DNA from: Nannocystis sp. RBIL2
GTDB taxonomy: Bacteria; Myxococcota_A; Polyangia; Nannocystales; Nannocystaceae
NCBI RefSeq assembly: GCF_026626745.1
Contig: NZ_JAPNJW010000002.1
Coordinates: 1,446,151 to 1,510,150, forward strand
Length of the DNA stretch: 64,000 nt
Reading direction: 5' to 3'
The position numbers were made by a program, and so were the translations under genes. Of the stretch, positions 35,072-44,844 are shown one piece after another; the stretch's first letter is position 1; the number at the start of each line of letters is the position of its first letter. The notes below the pieces were generated by a model. That model was not told where the DNA came from and did no database searches. It was given only the letters and a program-made list of their open reading frames with translations.

Positions 35072-36784
35072 TCACTCGGCGCGGGGCTCGAGGTCGGGGT
35101 CGATCAGCGCGCGCACGTAGGCGTGGTAGTGCGTGGCGATCGCCGCCTCGAACCTGGCCTGAAGTTCAGGCGACATGCCGAACGGCCCGTCGGCCCAGAA
35201 GCTGAAGTCGGCGATGAAGTCGTCCTCGGAGCGGTCGTAGACGCGCCAGTCGATCGCGGGGAACGGCGGGAGGTTGTAGGACAGCGGGAACTCGAGCCAC
35301 GCGCGCAGGCTGGTGCTGCTGGCGCTCGGCTCGTCGTCGTCGTCGTCGTCCGCGTCGCGCGGGTCGGTGTACACGACGTCGAGGCCGTTGCGATCGAGCA
35401 GCTCGCGCCAGAACCGGGCGACGATCCGGAACAGCGCCGCGTCGCCGTCGATCGGCATCACGTGGCCGTTCCACGGGTCGCTCATCAGGATCGTCTCGAA
35501 CTCCCCGCCGGGCGGGCACAGCTCGATCCGGTCCTCCTGGAACGTCCCGGGCTCCGGGCGGTGGCACGGGCAGAACAGCACGGTCCAGCCGTCGAGCTCG
35601 AGCGCCGCGAGCAGCTGGTCGTCGACGCTCTCGCGCAGCGCGTCGGTCTCGGCCTCGTCGAGCAGCCGGACGCGCGTCGCGGCCGCGGCGAGCCGCTCCT
35701 CGCTCAGCCTCGCCCGCGGCGACGGAGGCGGCGCCGCGCCGGGCGGGCCCTCTGCGACCCATACCGCCAGCAGGCCCAACGGTTGCGACGCCCTCAGGAA
35801 CCCGTTGAACATGAACACGACGTCGACCTCGACGTCCTCGCGGGCGAGGTACTCCTGCGCCGCGGCCCGCCACGCCGCGACGGCCGCGTGCGCCGCCGCT
35901 TCGTCAGTCGGCGCGGGGGCCAGGTAGTCCTCCACCGCGAGCGAGCCCACGAACACCTCGCGCTCGTGGATGTCGACCAACTCGCCGCCCTCGTGCGTGT
36001 CGACGCGCACCAGCCAGCGCAAGAGGCCGTACTGGGGCGCCTCGTCCTCGTGCCGGACCGACAACAGGTGCAGCGTGTGGCGCGTATCGCCGGCGACCGC
36101 CTCGGCGAGCGGACGCTCGCCGCCGATGCCGAGCAGCTCGAGCCCGCGGGTCAACAGCCACCCGGCTCGCCCGCCGACCTCCTCGGGGATCAGCGCCTGC
36201 ACCAGCGCGTCGGCGATCGACTCGGGAGAGCGCGGGTGCGGAGCGGCGAGCGCCGAGCGCAGCGCCGCCTCGGCCCGCGCGCGCCAGTCCGGCGCGACCG
36301 GGAGGTCGTTGGCGATGTACGACGGCATGCGGGCCAGGCCGCGCGCCCGCTGCTCGACGCCGCCGCCGCTCCAGCGCATCACGACGTGCACCCTGCCCTC
36401 GCTGCCGCGCAGGTGCGGCCGCAGCCAGTCGACCTGCAGCGCCCGCGCGCCGTCGGCGACGCGCAGGCCGTCGAACACCCGGGCCTTCAGCGCCGCGCCG
36501 ACGCTACCTGTCTCCAAGGACAGTTCGGCGAACTCGTCGCCGACGAGCGCAGCGAGCTCGGCCCGCAGCGCCGGGTCGGCCGCGTCGCCCGCCTCGGCGA
36601 GCGCGACGATCGCCAGCTCGGGGCCGCGAGGGAGGCACTGAGTGTGCCGCAATTCCTCGGCGAGCGCGTCGCGGTCGAGCATCGGCACGTTCGCCGGCGG
36701 CCACGCGACGTGCTGGTCTCGCGGCAGCGCGGCCGCCCGTGACAGCGCCTCGATCAGGGCGTCGGACCATTCGACGGAGCTCAT
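35072..36784 (-). CDS. Hypothetical protein, 571 aa.
   Basis: ATG at 36784, 'MSSVEWSDALIEALSR...'. The annotated longer ORF extends to 37837, but its first ~350 codons are Arg/Ser/Ala-rich off-frame-like sequence overlapping a better + strand gene. An acidic 'DADDDDDDE' tract lies near the C-terminus. No recognisable domain. Confidence 0.55.
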   Translation of the reverse strand: MSSVEWSDALIEALSRAAALPRDQHVAWPPANVPMLDRDALAEELRHTQCLPRGPELAIVALAEAGDAADPALRAELAALVGDEFAELSLETGSVGAALKARVFDGLRVADGARALQVDWLRPHLRGSEGRVHVVMRWSGGGVEQRARGLARMPSYIANDLPVAPDWRARAEAALRSALAAPHPRSPESIADALVQALIPEEVGGRAGWLLTRGLELLGIGGERPLAEAVAGDTRHTLHLLSVRHEDEAPQYGLLRWLVRVDTHEGGELVDIHEREVFVGSLAVEDYLAPAPTDEAAAHAAVAAWRAAAQEYLAREDVEVDVVFMFNGFLRASQPLGLLAVWVAEGPPGAAPPPSPRARLSEERLAAAATRVRLLDEAETDALRESVDDQLLAALELDGWTVLFCPCHRPEPGTFQEDRIELCPPGGEFETILMSDPWNGHVMPIDGDAALFRIVARFWRELLDRNGLDVVYTDPRDADDDDDDEPSASSTSLRAWLEFPLSYNLPPFPAIDWRVYDRSEDDFIADFSFWADGPFGMSPELQARFEAAIATHYHAYVRALIDPDLEPRAE

Positions 36785-37001
36785 CGCGCCGACTATAGCG
36801 AATCCGGGCGCCGATCCCCACGGCACGCCGCCTGAACGATGCACTTGCGGATCGCCGGCGCCTCCCCGTGGAAGACGCCGTCGGTCGCGGCCGACGTCTC
36901 GCCGCCGCCATGCCGGCCTGGGCGCCGACGCACCCGCGCGCCATCGTCTCCCGGTCCGCGCAGGGCGTCCCGGTGCGGCGTCGGGACGCCCGCGCCTCGT
37001 C

Positions 37002-38213
37002 ATGGTGGTGAGATCGGCTTCCGCGTGCGTCGAGCGTGTTGACGAGGCGCGAGGGCTCGTCGAGGCTTCACCCGTGCTCCTCCGCGACGACGATCCCCGC
37101 GCGTCGATCCTCCTGACCTGGCTCGTGACGCGGCGGCTGCTCGCCCCGGTCGCGGCCGACATGCAGCGCGTCCGGGAAGTACGACTGCCCGCCGACGCCG
37201 AGCTCTGGATCTCGCGCTGGGACGGGCTCACCGACGATCTCGCCGCGCCGCCGGCAGCCGCCTTTCTCGTGGCGTTCCACGGCCGACCGCTCGAGGCAGT
37301 TCTGGCGCGCGAGTGCGGGAGCACCCGCCCTGAGCTCGCCACGCTCGACGTGGAGCGCTTCGAGCGTATCGCGCGCGCGATCGATCGCGCGTTCGCCACT
37401 GCACCTGCCGACGCGCCCCGGCCCCTCGATGTGTCGCTGCTCGCGGCGCCCGTACGCGCGACCCTCGAGGGCCTCGGGCTCGTCTGGGTCGCGCACGAGC
37501 ACGCGTTCGTGCGCGCATCGGCGGAGCTCGTGCAGCGCGTGGAGGTCACCTCCTGGCGGCGCTCGCCTGCCGCGCCCGGACACTCTCTGCGAGCGAGCGC
37601 GAGCGTGCGAGCCCCACGCCTCGATCGGCTGCGTGACGCGCTCACACGCGAGGGCGTGACCTTCGACGCGACCCTCCTCGTGTCACCTCTGCTCGGGCGC
37701 TCCGGCCCCACGCACGAGCTCACGTCCACGCGACGCATCGACGCCCTCGTCGCACCGCTCTCGCACGAGCTGGAGGGGCTCGCGCGCTGGGTCGTCACTT
37801 TCGACTCACCCGTGAAAGTCCTCGCCGCCTTCGCCATCGACGATCCCGCCTGGTGGTCGACGTGGGTGCCGGGCAGCGACGCCGCATGGCCGGAGCGACG
37901 CGCCCTGCTCTCGGTGCTCCACGGAGGCGTGAGCCCCGCGGACGCGCTCGCGTCGGCCGACGCGATCTACGTGCGGCTCGGGCGGACGGCGCTTCGCCGG
38001 CGTCACGATCTCGAACGACTCCGACGCTTGCTCGAGCATGCGACGCGACACGATGCCCTCGCAGAGGCGGCCGCCCCGCCATCGCCTCGCCGGGTGCGTC
38101 ACGCCAAGTTCGGCACCGGCACCGTACGCGCCGAGCGAGAGGGCAAGCTCGTGATCGCGTTCGACGACGGCGTCGAGCGCGTCCTGCTCCCGCGCTTCTG
38201 CTCACCCGAGTGA
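37002..38213 (+). CDS. Hypothetical protein whose C-terminus resembles the UvrD-helicase C-terminal Tudor-like domain (DUF3553-like).
   Basis: ATG at 37002, 'MVVRSASACVERVDEARGL...'. The C-terminal motif 'RVRHAKFGTGTVRAEREGKLVIAFDDGVERVLLPRF' matches the recalled '(R/H)..FG.G.V.......G...V.F...G.K.L' pattern. It is divergent from the 35072..36784 gene. Confidence 0.55.
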   Translation: MVVRSASACVERVDEARGLVEASPVLLRDDDPRASILLTWLVTRRLLAPVAADMQRVREVRLPADAELWISRWDGLTDDLAAPPAAAFLVAFHGRPLEAVLARECGSTRPELATLDVERFERIARAIDRAFATAPADAPRPLDVSLLAAPVRATLEGLGLVWVAHEHAFVRASAELVQRVEVTSWRRSPAAPGHSLRASASVRAPRLDRLRDALTREGVTFDATLLVSPLLGRSGPTHELTSTRRIDALVAPLSHELEGLARWVVTFDSPVKVLAAFAIDDPAWWSTWVPGSDAAWPERRALLSVLHGGVSPADALASADAIYVRLGRTALRRRHDLERLRRLLEHATRHDALAEAAAPPSPRRVRHAKFGTGTVRAEREGKLVIAFDDGVERVLLPRFCSPE

Positions 38214-38408
38214 GTCCGCCGGGCTGCGAGCGCAGGCTGAAAGCGCGTCGCCATGACGATGGACACACCGAGGGTCCGAGTGGCCTGACCCGTGCAAGAC
38301 GGCGAGACCATGATCGACGGCGTGCAGAAGATGCGCCTCGTGAAGCAGGGCAGCTGACCCTGCGACGACCGGCGGGCCGGCGCGCGCTTCGCTTCGAGCT
38401 CGGACGCG

Positions 38409-38885
38409 CTACGCGACCGGCAGCGCCTCGTCCCCGCCCGCCTTCACGCCTCTTCGCCGGGGGCGGGTCGTGCGTCGCTCGACGGCTTCGCCGCGGAGGC
38501 TGCGTCCGCGCTGAAACACGAACACCCTGCCGAAAACGCCGATGGCGACGGTCGCGTCCCCGGTGGTCGCCGAGACGAGGAGGTAATCTCCGTGGATGAG
38601 CACTGGATCGCTCAATGAGGCGGCCGCGCGCAGCGCCGTCAAATGCTGCGTCCGGTCCGGCTTCGTGAGCAGGGCCAACATCACCAGCGCCATCACTGCC
38701 GACTTGTCGAGCCAGCGAGGGCGGGCCCGGTGCCGCGCGCGCAACGCGAACCAGAGCAGCGCCAGGAAGGCGACAAAGACCGGAATGACGACCGCCTGCT
38801 TCATGAGAGGGCTGATCGCGCCTCCCGTCAGCGCAGCGCTGATCAGGGTCGGAACGGACTGTGAGTCCAACAGGTTGGGTAGCAT
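38409..38885 (-). CDS. Hypothetical membrane protein.
   Basis: M at 38885, 'MLPNLLDSQSVPTLISAALTGG...'. Two hydrophobic helices and a C-terminal beta-rich tail. No motif recognised. Confidence 0.35.
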   Translation of the reverse strand: MLPNLLDSQSVPTLISAALTGGAISPLMKQAVVIPVFVAFLALLWFALRARHRARPRWLDKSAVMALVMLALLTKPDRTQHLTALRAAASLSDPVLIHGDYLLVSATTGDATVAIGVFGRVFVFQRGRSLRGEAVERRTTRPRRRGVKAGGDEALPVA

Positions 38886-39459
38886 CGGGATCGTCTTCCG
38901 CGATCGCTCCTGCGATCTGCGGAATGGCGGCCCGACCACTCCAGAACCTGTGACGGACCTCCCGCCACACCCTACGCGGATACGCACCCGCGTAGTCCGT
39001 AGGTACCGCACCAAGGCTCAGCATGCAAGCGGCTTTGCGACTCACACGAGCCAAGCGCCCCTGGCGCCCCGCCCAGGCCCCACTCGCTGGATTGGATTAC
39101 CCGAATGTCATCTTCGGATCGAGGCCGTGGCGCTCGCGCAGGCGGCTCCACGGCCCCACGTCGTCGCTCGCGGCGCCGCTCCGCGCCCCCGGGGCCCGCG
39201 CCGGCCGCGAGGCATCGCCGGCCGCCCCTGTCAGGCGGCGCAGCCCCCGCGGCCCCTGGGATAGCCTTGCGGACCGCAGGATCGGGGCCTGGAGCTCATC
39301 GAGGACCTCGGCACGCCGGCGCCCCCGCGGCCTCGACGGACCCTCCAGGGACGAACGCGAGGTCATTGTTCCCCGCGCGGCTCGAAGAGCGCTCGCGGCT
39401 GCGGTGGACCGGCCGCGAGCCCTCGGCGCAGGCGTCCGGGCACGGCCTGCTCTGCGGAA

Positions 39460-40491
39460 TCATGGCTCGAGCGAGCCCGGGACCACGCACGCGCCGAGCG
39501 TCGCGAATGACGGGTCCTCCTCCATCCACACCGGAAAATCATCGCAGCTCGCGGCCGGGTCGCTGCAATCCGGCGCCGCGAGGTCACACCATTCGCTGCA
39601 GCAGCGCTCCTCGGCGCAGCCGGGCACGTGCTCGGCGGGGAGGCACAGCTTGCCCTGCCCACATTGATCATAGTCGCAGTCGGCGCCGAGCGGCAGCTCG
39701 CCCGGCGGGACCTCCCAGCAGAAGTTCGTCCCGTACAGGAACGCCGGGTAAAAGAGGCACTGCAGATCGGCCGGGCACGTCTCCGGCGCCTGCGGGTTGC
39801 ACTCGAAGTGCAGGCAGGCGTGCGGGAAGATCGAGCCGTTCTCGGTCGCGTACTGCGTGCCCGGGAAATCGCTGCAATCCTGGCTCCCGGGCTTCGGATA
39901 CGGCGCGCAGAAGCCGTGGTCCGTGACCCCGAACGCCTCGAGGCAGAACGACTCGGGGCCGCAATCGTCGCTGACATTGAGCCAGATCCCGTTCGGCAGC
40001 GAGCACGCCGCGAACGGTGCGCCGTCGCCGACGACGTCGACGCAGCGCGCGTGGTCGCGGCGGCGCATCTCGCCCGGCGTCGCGTACCACACGCATTTCT
40101 GCCCGGCCGGACAGTCCTGCGCCATCGGGTCGCACTGCGGGATCTCTGGGCCCATGTCCGGGGGGCACACGAATTCGCACCCCGTCGTCGCGCTGCCCTC
40201 GCCGGGCTCGCTCGCGCTGGCGCTGCCGGTATTCGAGGTGCCGGACGCCTCCTCGGTCGTGCCGACCCCGGTCGTGATGCCGTCCGTGACGCCGCTGCCG
40301 GGGCCCGAGCTCGTCCATTCGCCGGAGCTCGACATGCCCTCGGTGCCGCCTGCTGTCTCGCTCGCTCCCGGGTTGTCGCCGGTGCTCGCATCGGTGGCGG
40401 TGAGCAGGTCTTTATAAATGGAGCAGGCCGGCGCGACGATCGACACGGCGAGCGTCACGCACGAGAGGAGGCGAACTTGGCTTGCGGTCAT
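39460..40491 (-). CDS. Cys-rich secreted lipoprotein.
   Basis: Lipobox 'SIVAPAC'. Gly/Ser/Thr-rich linker. About 30 Cys in the globular C-terminal 230 aa. Confidence 0.65.
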   Translation of the reverse strand: MTASQVRLLSCVTLAVSIVAPACSIYKDLLTATDASTGDNPGASETAGGTEGMSSSGEWTSSGPGSGVTDGITTGVGTTEEASGTSNTGSASASEPGEGSATTGCEFVCPPDMGPEIPQCDPMAQDCPAGQKCVWYATPGEMRRRDHARCVDVVGDGAPFAACSLPNGIWLNVSDDCGPESFCLEAFGVTDHGFCAPYPKPGSQDCSDFPGTQYATENGSIFPHACLHFECNPQAPETCPADLQCLFYPAFLYGTNFCWEVPPGELPLGADCDYDQCGQGKLCLPAEHVPGCAEERCCSEWCDLAAPDCSDPAASCDDFPVWMEEDPSFATLGACVVPGSLEP

Positions 40492-40557
40492 GTCCCTGCT
40501 TCTCCGCCACGTCGGGGTTTCTGTTGCGCGTCCGCAGGATTTTTTTCGCCGCAGGAA

Positions 40558-41640
40558 TCACCGGCCGACGCAGGTGGAGTCGAGCTGCGCGCGCACGCGC
40601 TGACGCGCCGGCTCCGACATGCCCGCTGCGACCGCGCGGGCCTCGTCCGCGCGCCCGAGCTCGCACAGCGCGCGCACCCGCGTCAGCGACCGCGCCTCCG
40701 CCAGCGGACTCTGCGAGAAGCTGCGCTCGTGGCGATCGAGCTCGGCGAGGGCGGTCGTCGCGTCGCCGGCCTGCAACGCGGCCACTGCGGTCGCCAGAAG
40801 CCCCGCGCCGAGCTCGTCGGGAGCATCCATCCTCTGCGACAGCATCGCCTCGAACCGACTGCCGGGCGGCGGCGGCGGCAACACGATCGGCGCGCTCGTG
40901 TTCGCCGATGAGGCCACGCGCGAAGCAGTCGGGCCGCTCGCGCCCGCCGGGGCGGCATCCGGCGCCTCGGCCGGCGAGCGGAGGACCACCGGCAGCGCGA
41001 CCGCGGCCGCGACCACCAGCACGCCGATGCTGCCCTTCGCCTTGACGAGCCCCGCCACCAGCCACCCGCTCGCGCCGGCCGGCTCTCCCAGGCGCGGCAG
41101 CAGCACCAGCCACGCGCGCTGCGTCACCGCCGGGTCGGGCGCCGGCTCTCGCGCGGCGTCGGCGAGCAGCGCCCGCTCGAACAGGCTCCGCGTCGCCCGC
41201 AGCCGCGTGTACACCGTGTCCAGCGGCACCCCCAGCCGCGCCGCGATCTCGGGCCCCGTCAGGCCGTGCAGCTCGCCCAGCACGAACACCTCGCGCCGGT
41301 CCGCGCCGAGCTGGTCGAAAAAGCGCCGCAGGAACCGCTCGGCCTCGACGCGCATCCACGGCCGCTCCTCGACCGCGCCGACGGCCACCTCGCACCACGC
41401 CGCGAGCTTGCGCTGGCGGCGACCGTGCGCGCGGCGGTAGCGAAAGGCGACGCGCCGGGCGATGCCGACCAGCCACGGCTCGGCCGCCCGCGCCGCGTCG
41501 AACTCGGCCCGCCGGCGGTAGAGCACCACGAACACGTCCTGCACCGCGTCGTCGACCGCCGCTGCCGGCACCCCGAGGCGCGCGATCACGCTGCGCACCA
41601 GGCCGTGGGACGCCCGGTACAGCCGGCCGAAGCTCGCCAT
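40558..41640 (-). CDS. ECF sigma-70 factor with a C-terminal transmembrane anchor and a ~140-aa extracytoplasmic tail.
   Basis: ATG at 41640 confirmed on the sequence. Region 2 'DAVQDVFVVLYRRRAEFD...EPWLVGIARRVAFRYRR'. Region 4 'ADRREVFVLGELHGLTGPEIAARLGVPLDTVYTRLRATRSLFERAL'. Hydrophobic helix 'SIGVLVVAAAVALPVVL'. Pro-rich tail, then a helical C-terminus. Confidence 0.75.
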   Translation of the reverse strand: MASFGRLYRASHGLVRSVIARLGVPAAAVDDAVQDVFVVLYRRRAEFDAARAAEPWLVGIARRVAFRYRRAHGRRQRKLAAWCEVAVGAVEERPWMRVEAERFLRRFFDQLGADRREVFVLGELHGLTGPEIAARLGVPLDTVYTRLRATRSLFERALLADAAREPAPDPAVTQRAWLVLLPRLGEPAGASGWLVAGLVKAKGSIGVLVVAAAVALPVVLRSPAEAPDAAPAGASGPTASRVASSANTSAPIVLPPPPPGSRFEAMLSQRMDAPDELGAGLLATAVAALQAGDATTALAELDRHERSFSQSPLAEARSLTRVRALCELGRADEARAVAAGMSEPARQRVRAQLDSTCVGR

Positions 41641-41690
41641 GTCCTCGAGGCCGCGCGAAACCGGGCGAAATTCCGCTGCAGGCTGGTCCG

Positions 41691-42860
41691 TCACGGGCCC
41701 TTCTTCTCCGGCCGCCCGCTCTTCTGGGGTCCCAGGGCGATCGTCAGGCCGACCGACCCCCGCACCCCGTAGCGCCCCTCCGGCGCCAGCAGCACGCCGC
41801 CGATCGCGTAAGTGGTCGCGACCGGCGCCGCGAACCCGTCGACCGCCACGTGGACCCCGACCTGCGGCGAGAACCACCCGTCGAGCGCCCCGCCCAGCGC
41901 GAATGCGAGCCACGGACCGCCGGCTCGGCGCTCCGGCACCAGCCCGACGCTCGTGGCCCGGCTGCCGCCTGCCTCGACCGCGCCGCACACCGCCAGCTCG
42001 AGCGACCCACCGAGGAACCGCGGGCACGCGCGCAGCACCCCGGCCGCCATGCGGAGCGTCCCGCCGCGGCCCGAGCCGTCGCCGAGCGCGAGCCCCTGCC
42101 CCGGCAACACCAGCGCGCCGCCCTCGACCCGCACCCGATCGAACATCCACCCGGCCGTCACCGCGAGGCCGAAGTCGCCGCGTGGAAACGCCCCGTACCC
42201 CGCGACCGCCACCAGCCGCGCCACCGGGCCCTGCCGTCGCACCCGTCGCGGCTGCGGGCGTGGAGCGGCCGGCGCGACCGCCTCGGCTGCCGCGGGCTCG
42301 ATCCGAGCGGGCACCGGCGCCGCCATCGCCTCGCCCTCCGGGACGCTCGCCGCCGCGACCTCGGGCACGAGCGCCGGCGGCTCCGCAGTCATCGCCGGCG
42401 GCTCCGCAGTCCCCGGCGGCTCCGCCTCCGTCAAAATCGCTACAGGCGGCGCGTCCGCGCTCGGCACCACCAGGCGCTTCGACGCCGCCAGCGGCTCTGC
42501 GAGCACTGCCACCAGCACGACCGTCGCCTGTGCCAACATTTCGCAATCCTCGGCGACCAGGTCGCGCTCGAGACTGCCACCATTCCAGCGCAGCCGCAGC
42601 GACAGGCGAAATCGATCGACCGTCGCGCCGCTGTCGATCACGCGCGCCCGCGCCTCGAGCACCAGCGGCTGCTCCCCGAGCAGCGGCTTCATTCGCCGCA
42701 GCAGCGTCGCGCGATCGGGGCACGCGCTCGCCGGCGCATCCCACGACAATCGCACCCCCGTCGTCGCTGTCTCGCCCGCCGCAGTCACCGGCGCGGCCGC
42801 GACGGCGATCCCGAGGCCCGCGGTCCGCCACGACTGCCCGGTGCTCTTCGTCCCGCGCAC
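41691..42860 (-). CDS. Hypothetical secreted protein with a Gly/Ala-rich C-terminal half, upstream of and co-directional with the anchored ECF gene.
   Basis: Signal-like N-terminus 'TAGLGIAVAAAPVTAAG'. Pro/Ala-rich middle. The C-terminal half has alternating Gly/hydrophobic residues, suggesting a beta-barrel or beta-rich fold. Confidence 0.45.
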   Translation of the reverse strand: MRGTKSTGQSWRTAGLGIAVAAAPVTAAGETATTGVRLSWDAPASACPDRATLLRRMKPLLGEQPLVLEARARVIDSGATVDRFRLSLRLRWNGGSLERDLVAEDCEMLAQATVVLVAVLAEPLAASKRLVVPSADAPPVAILTEAEPPGTAEPPAMTAEPPALVPEVAAASVPEGEAMAAPVPARIEPAAAEAVAPAAPRPQPRRVRRQGPVARLVAVAGYGAFPRGDFGLAVTAGWMFDRVRVEGGALVLPGQGLALGDGSGRGGTLRMAAGVLRACPRFLGGSLELAVCGAVEAGGSRATSVGLVPERRAGGPWLAFALGGALDGWFSPQVGVHVAVDGFAAPVATTYAIGGVLLAPEGRYGVRGSVGLTIALGPQKSGRPEKKGP

Positions 42861-42909
42861 GGCGAAGCGACGTTACCCCCTCCCGCCCGACGGGGAAAGG
42901 CCATCGCCA

Positions 42910-43869
42910 CTATCCCGCGAGCTCTGCCACGAGCCGCCTCGCCTCCTCGCGCACGCTGGCCTCCGGATCGTCGAGGAACCGCCGCATCCTCTCGAGGCAA
43001 TCGGCAGGGCGCCGCTGAAACACAGCCTGAAGCACCGCCAGGCGGATGTTGTCTGCTTCGTCGCGGCGAAACGACCAGAGCAGCTCCAGGGCGCCCGGGT
43101 GCGGGTTGGCGCCGAGCCCGAGCACGACCTCGTACGAGCGATACGCCGGCGAGACGAGCGCCTGGCCGAGGGCCTGCAGCGCTTCGTCGGTCCCGTGGCG
43201 ACACAATCGCTTCAGCGCCACGAAGGGCCGCTCCCCGGGGCCTTGCAGCAGCCGCACGTAGTGCGAGACCACGCGGCCGTCTTCGACGGTGGCGAGCGCC
43301 TGCTCCGCCTCGCGCCAGACCGTGTCGTCCGCGGACAGCGTCCGGTGTCCCAGCTCGTCGATGACCGAGCCCAGCGCCGCGCGATCGGGCGGCTGGACCG
43401 CGAGCGTCGTCGCGACCTGGACGCCGATCTCCGCTGCCGGTCTTCGCAGGCTCTCCGCGGACCACGGCTCTTCCGCGCATCGCAGCTGCTTGGCGATCTC
43501 GATCCTGTGCGCCCCGGCGGCCTCGAAGCGGACCCAGTGCGCGAGCAACAGCCGCCTCCGGAACGGCTTGTCGACCGACAGACGCCGGCCGCCGACCACG
43601 CCTCCCAGCTGGGGCCCTGCGTCGCGGATCGGGAGGCTGCGCCCGCGCTCGACGTCGATCGCCGCCACTGCGTAGCTCTCGGGCCGGCCCAGGCGGTTGC
43701 GGTAGTCGCCGCCCTCGATCAGGATGAGCGGCTCGCCCGCGACGAGCCGCACCTCGAAGGTCAGATAGAGCGGCTCGTCCTGTCGAAGCGTCCGCCGATC
43801 GGGCGCGACAGACACGGCGAGCTCGCGCGCACGCACGTCCACGTGAACCGCCGACTCGGTGGGCGTCAT
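42910..43869 (-). CDS. Hypothetical protein with HEAT-like helical repeats at its C-terminus.
   Basis: 319-aa ORF. The C-terminal 'LAVLQAVFQRRPADCLERMRRFLDDPEASVREEARRLVAEL' is HEAT/PBS-lyase-like. It is the first gene of a co-directional trio ending in the ECF gene. Confidence 0.45.
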   Translation of the reverse strand: MTPTESAVHVDVRARELAVSVAPDRRTLRQDEPLYLTFEVRLVAGEPLILIEGGDYRNRLGRPESYAVAAIDVERGRSLPIRDAGPQLGGVVGGRRLSVDKPFRRRLLLAHWVRFEAAGAHRIEIAKQLRCAEEPWSAESLRRPAAEIGVQVATTLAVQPPDRAALGSVIDELGHRTLSADDTVWREAEQALATVEDGRVVSHYVRLLQGPGERPFVALKRLCRHGTDEALQALGQALVSPAYRSYEVVLGLGANPHPGALELLWSFRRDEADNIRLAVLQAVFQRRPADCLERMRRFLDDPEASVREEARRLVAELAG

Positions 43870-44156
43870 GCCCCGAGGATGTCAGATTCGTCGGACGCCC
43901 GCCATCCAGGTGGATCGTCGCGCTCTATCCGTGTTCTGCGGTCCGGCGAAAGAGTCACGCAGGTGCATGCAATGGCTCGTTCGAGAGAGTTCGACGCGGC
44001 GCTGTCGATCCTCGACCGTGGATGGGCCCGCTCGGTCCAGGCGCTGCCGTACGCATTGACGGGGCGAGCGTTCTCGCTCAAACTGCCGCTGCCCGGGCCC
44101 AGGACCATCCCCACGGAGGGCGAGGCTCCGCAACAGCCCGGGCGAGGGAGGATCGC

Positions 44157-44810
44157 ATGATCACGCTCTACGGCTTCGGCCGGGTCCATCGAAAGGTCAT
44201 CGGCGAGACGCGCGACCTGCGGGTGCAGTGGGCGCTCGAGGAGCTCGGGCTGCCCTACCGTGTCCATCCGCTCGATCACACCGGCGGCGAGTTCAACGGC
44301 CCGGCGTTCGCGGCGATCAGCCCGTTCCATCAGGCCCCGGTGATCGACGACGACGGCGTCGTCATCGCCGAGACGGGCGCCATCCTGCTCTACCTGGCGG
44401 AGAAGGCCGGCGCGCTGCCGGCCGACGCCGTCGCTCGGGCCGCGGTGAACCAGTGGTGCTTCGCCGCGCTCACCACGGTCGAGCCGCCGGTCGCCATGAT
44501 TCAGCTGTCCGACGCCGGCGGCCTGCCGAGCACCGTCGAACAGAGGGCCGCGCTGGTCCGCTGGTCCCACCGCGTGCTCGACGGGATCGAGCGCCGGCTC
44601 GACGGACGGACCTGGATCGCCGCCGACGACTTCACAGTCGCCGACATCCTCCTCACGTGCGTCCTGCGCGAGATCCGTCGGACCGACCTCCTCGCCGACT
44701 ACCCGCGGCTGCGGGCCTATTTCGATCGGACCCAGGCGCGCCCCGCCTGGCAGCGGACGCTCGAGCGCTACGCCGAGCGGCTCGGCGTGACCGTCGCGGA
44801 CATCCGCTGA
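44157..44810 (+). CDS. Glutathione S-transferase family protein.
   Basis: ATG at 44157 preceded by 'gggagg'. The N-terminal thioredoxin-like portion reads 'MITLYGFGRV...VQWALEELGLPY', and the C-terminal helical portion follows. Confidence 0.8.
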   Translation: MITLYGFGRVHRKVIGETRDLRVQWALEELGLPYRVHPLDHTGGEFNGPAFAAISPFHQAPVIDDDGVVIAETGAILLYLAEKAGALPADAVARAAVNQWCFAALTTVEPPVAMIQLSDAGGLPSTVEQRAALVRWSHRVLDGIERRLDGRTWIAADDFTVADILLTCVLREIRRTDLLADYPRLRAYFDRTQARPAWQRTLERYAERLGVTVADIR

Positions 44811-44844
44811 TCACGAGCGGGCGCAGCCGCGAAGGCGTGGTGGT

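Noticed and set aside
36785-37837. N-terminal ~350 codons of the annotated 921-aa minus-strand ORF 35072..37837.
   Set aside because: The extension is Ser/Arg/Ala-rich low-complexity and overlaps the well-formed + strand gene 37002..38213. A clean ATG at 36784 ('MSSVEWSD...') begins the portion with normal composition.
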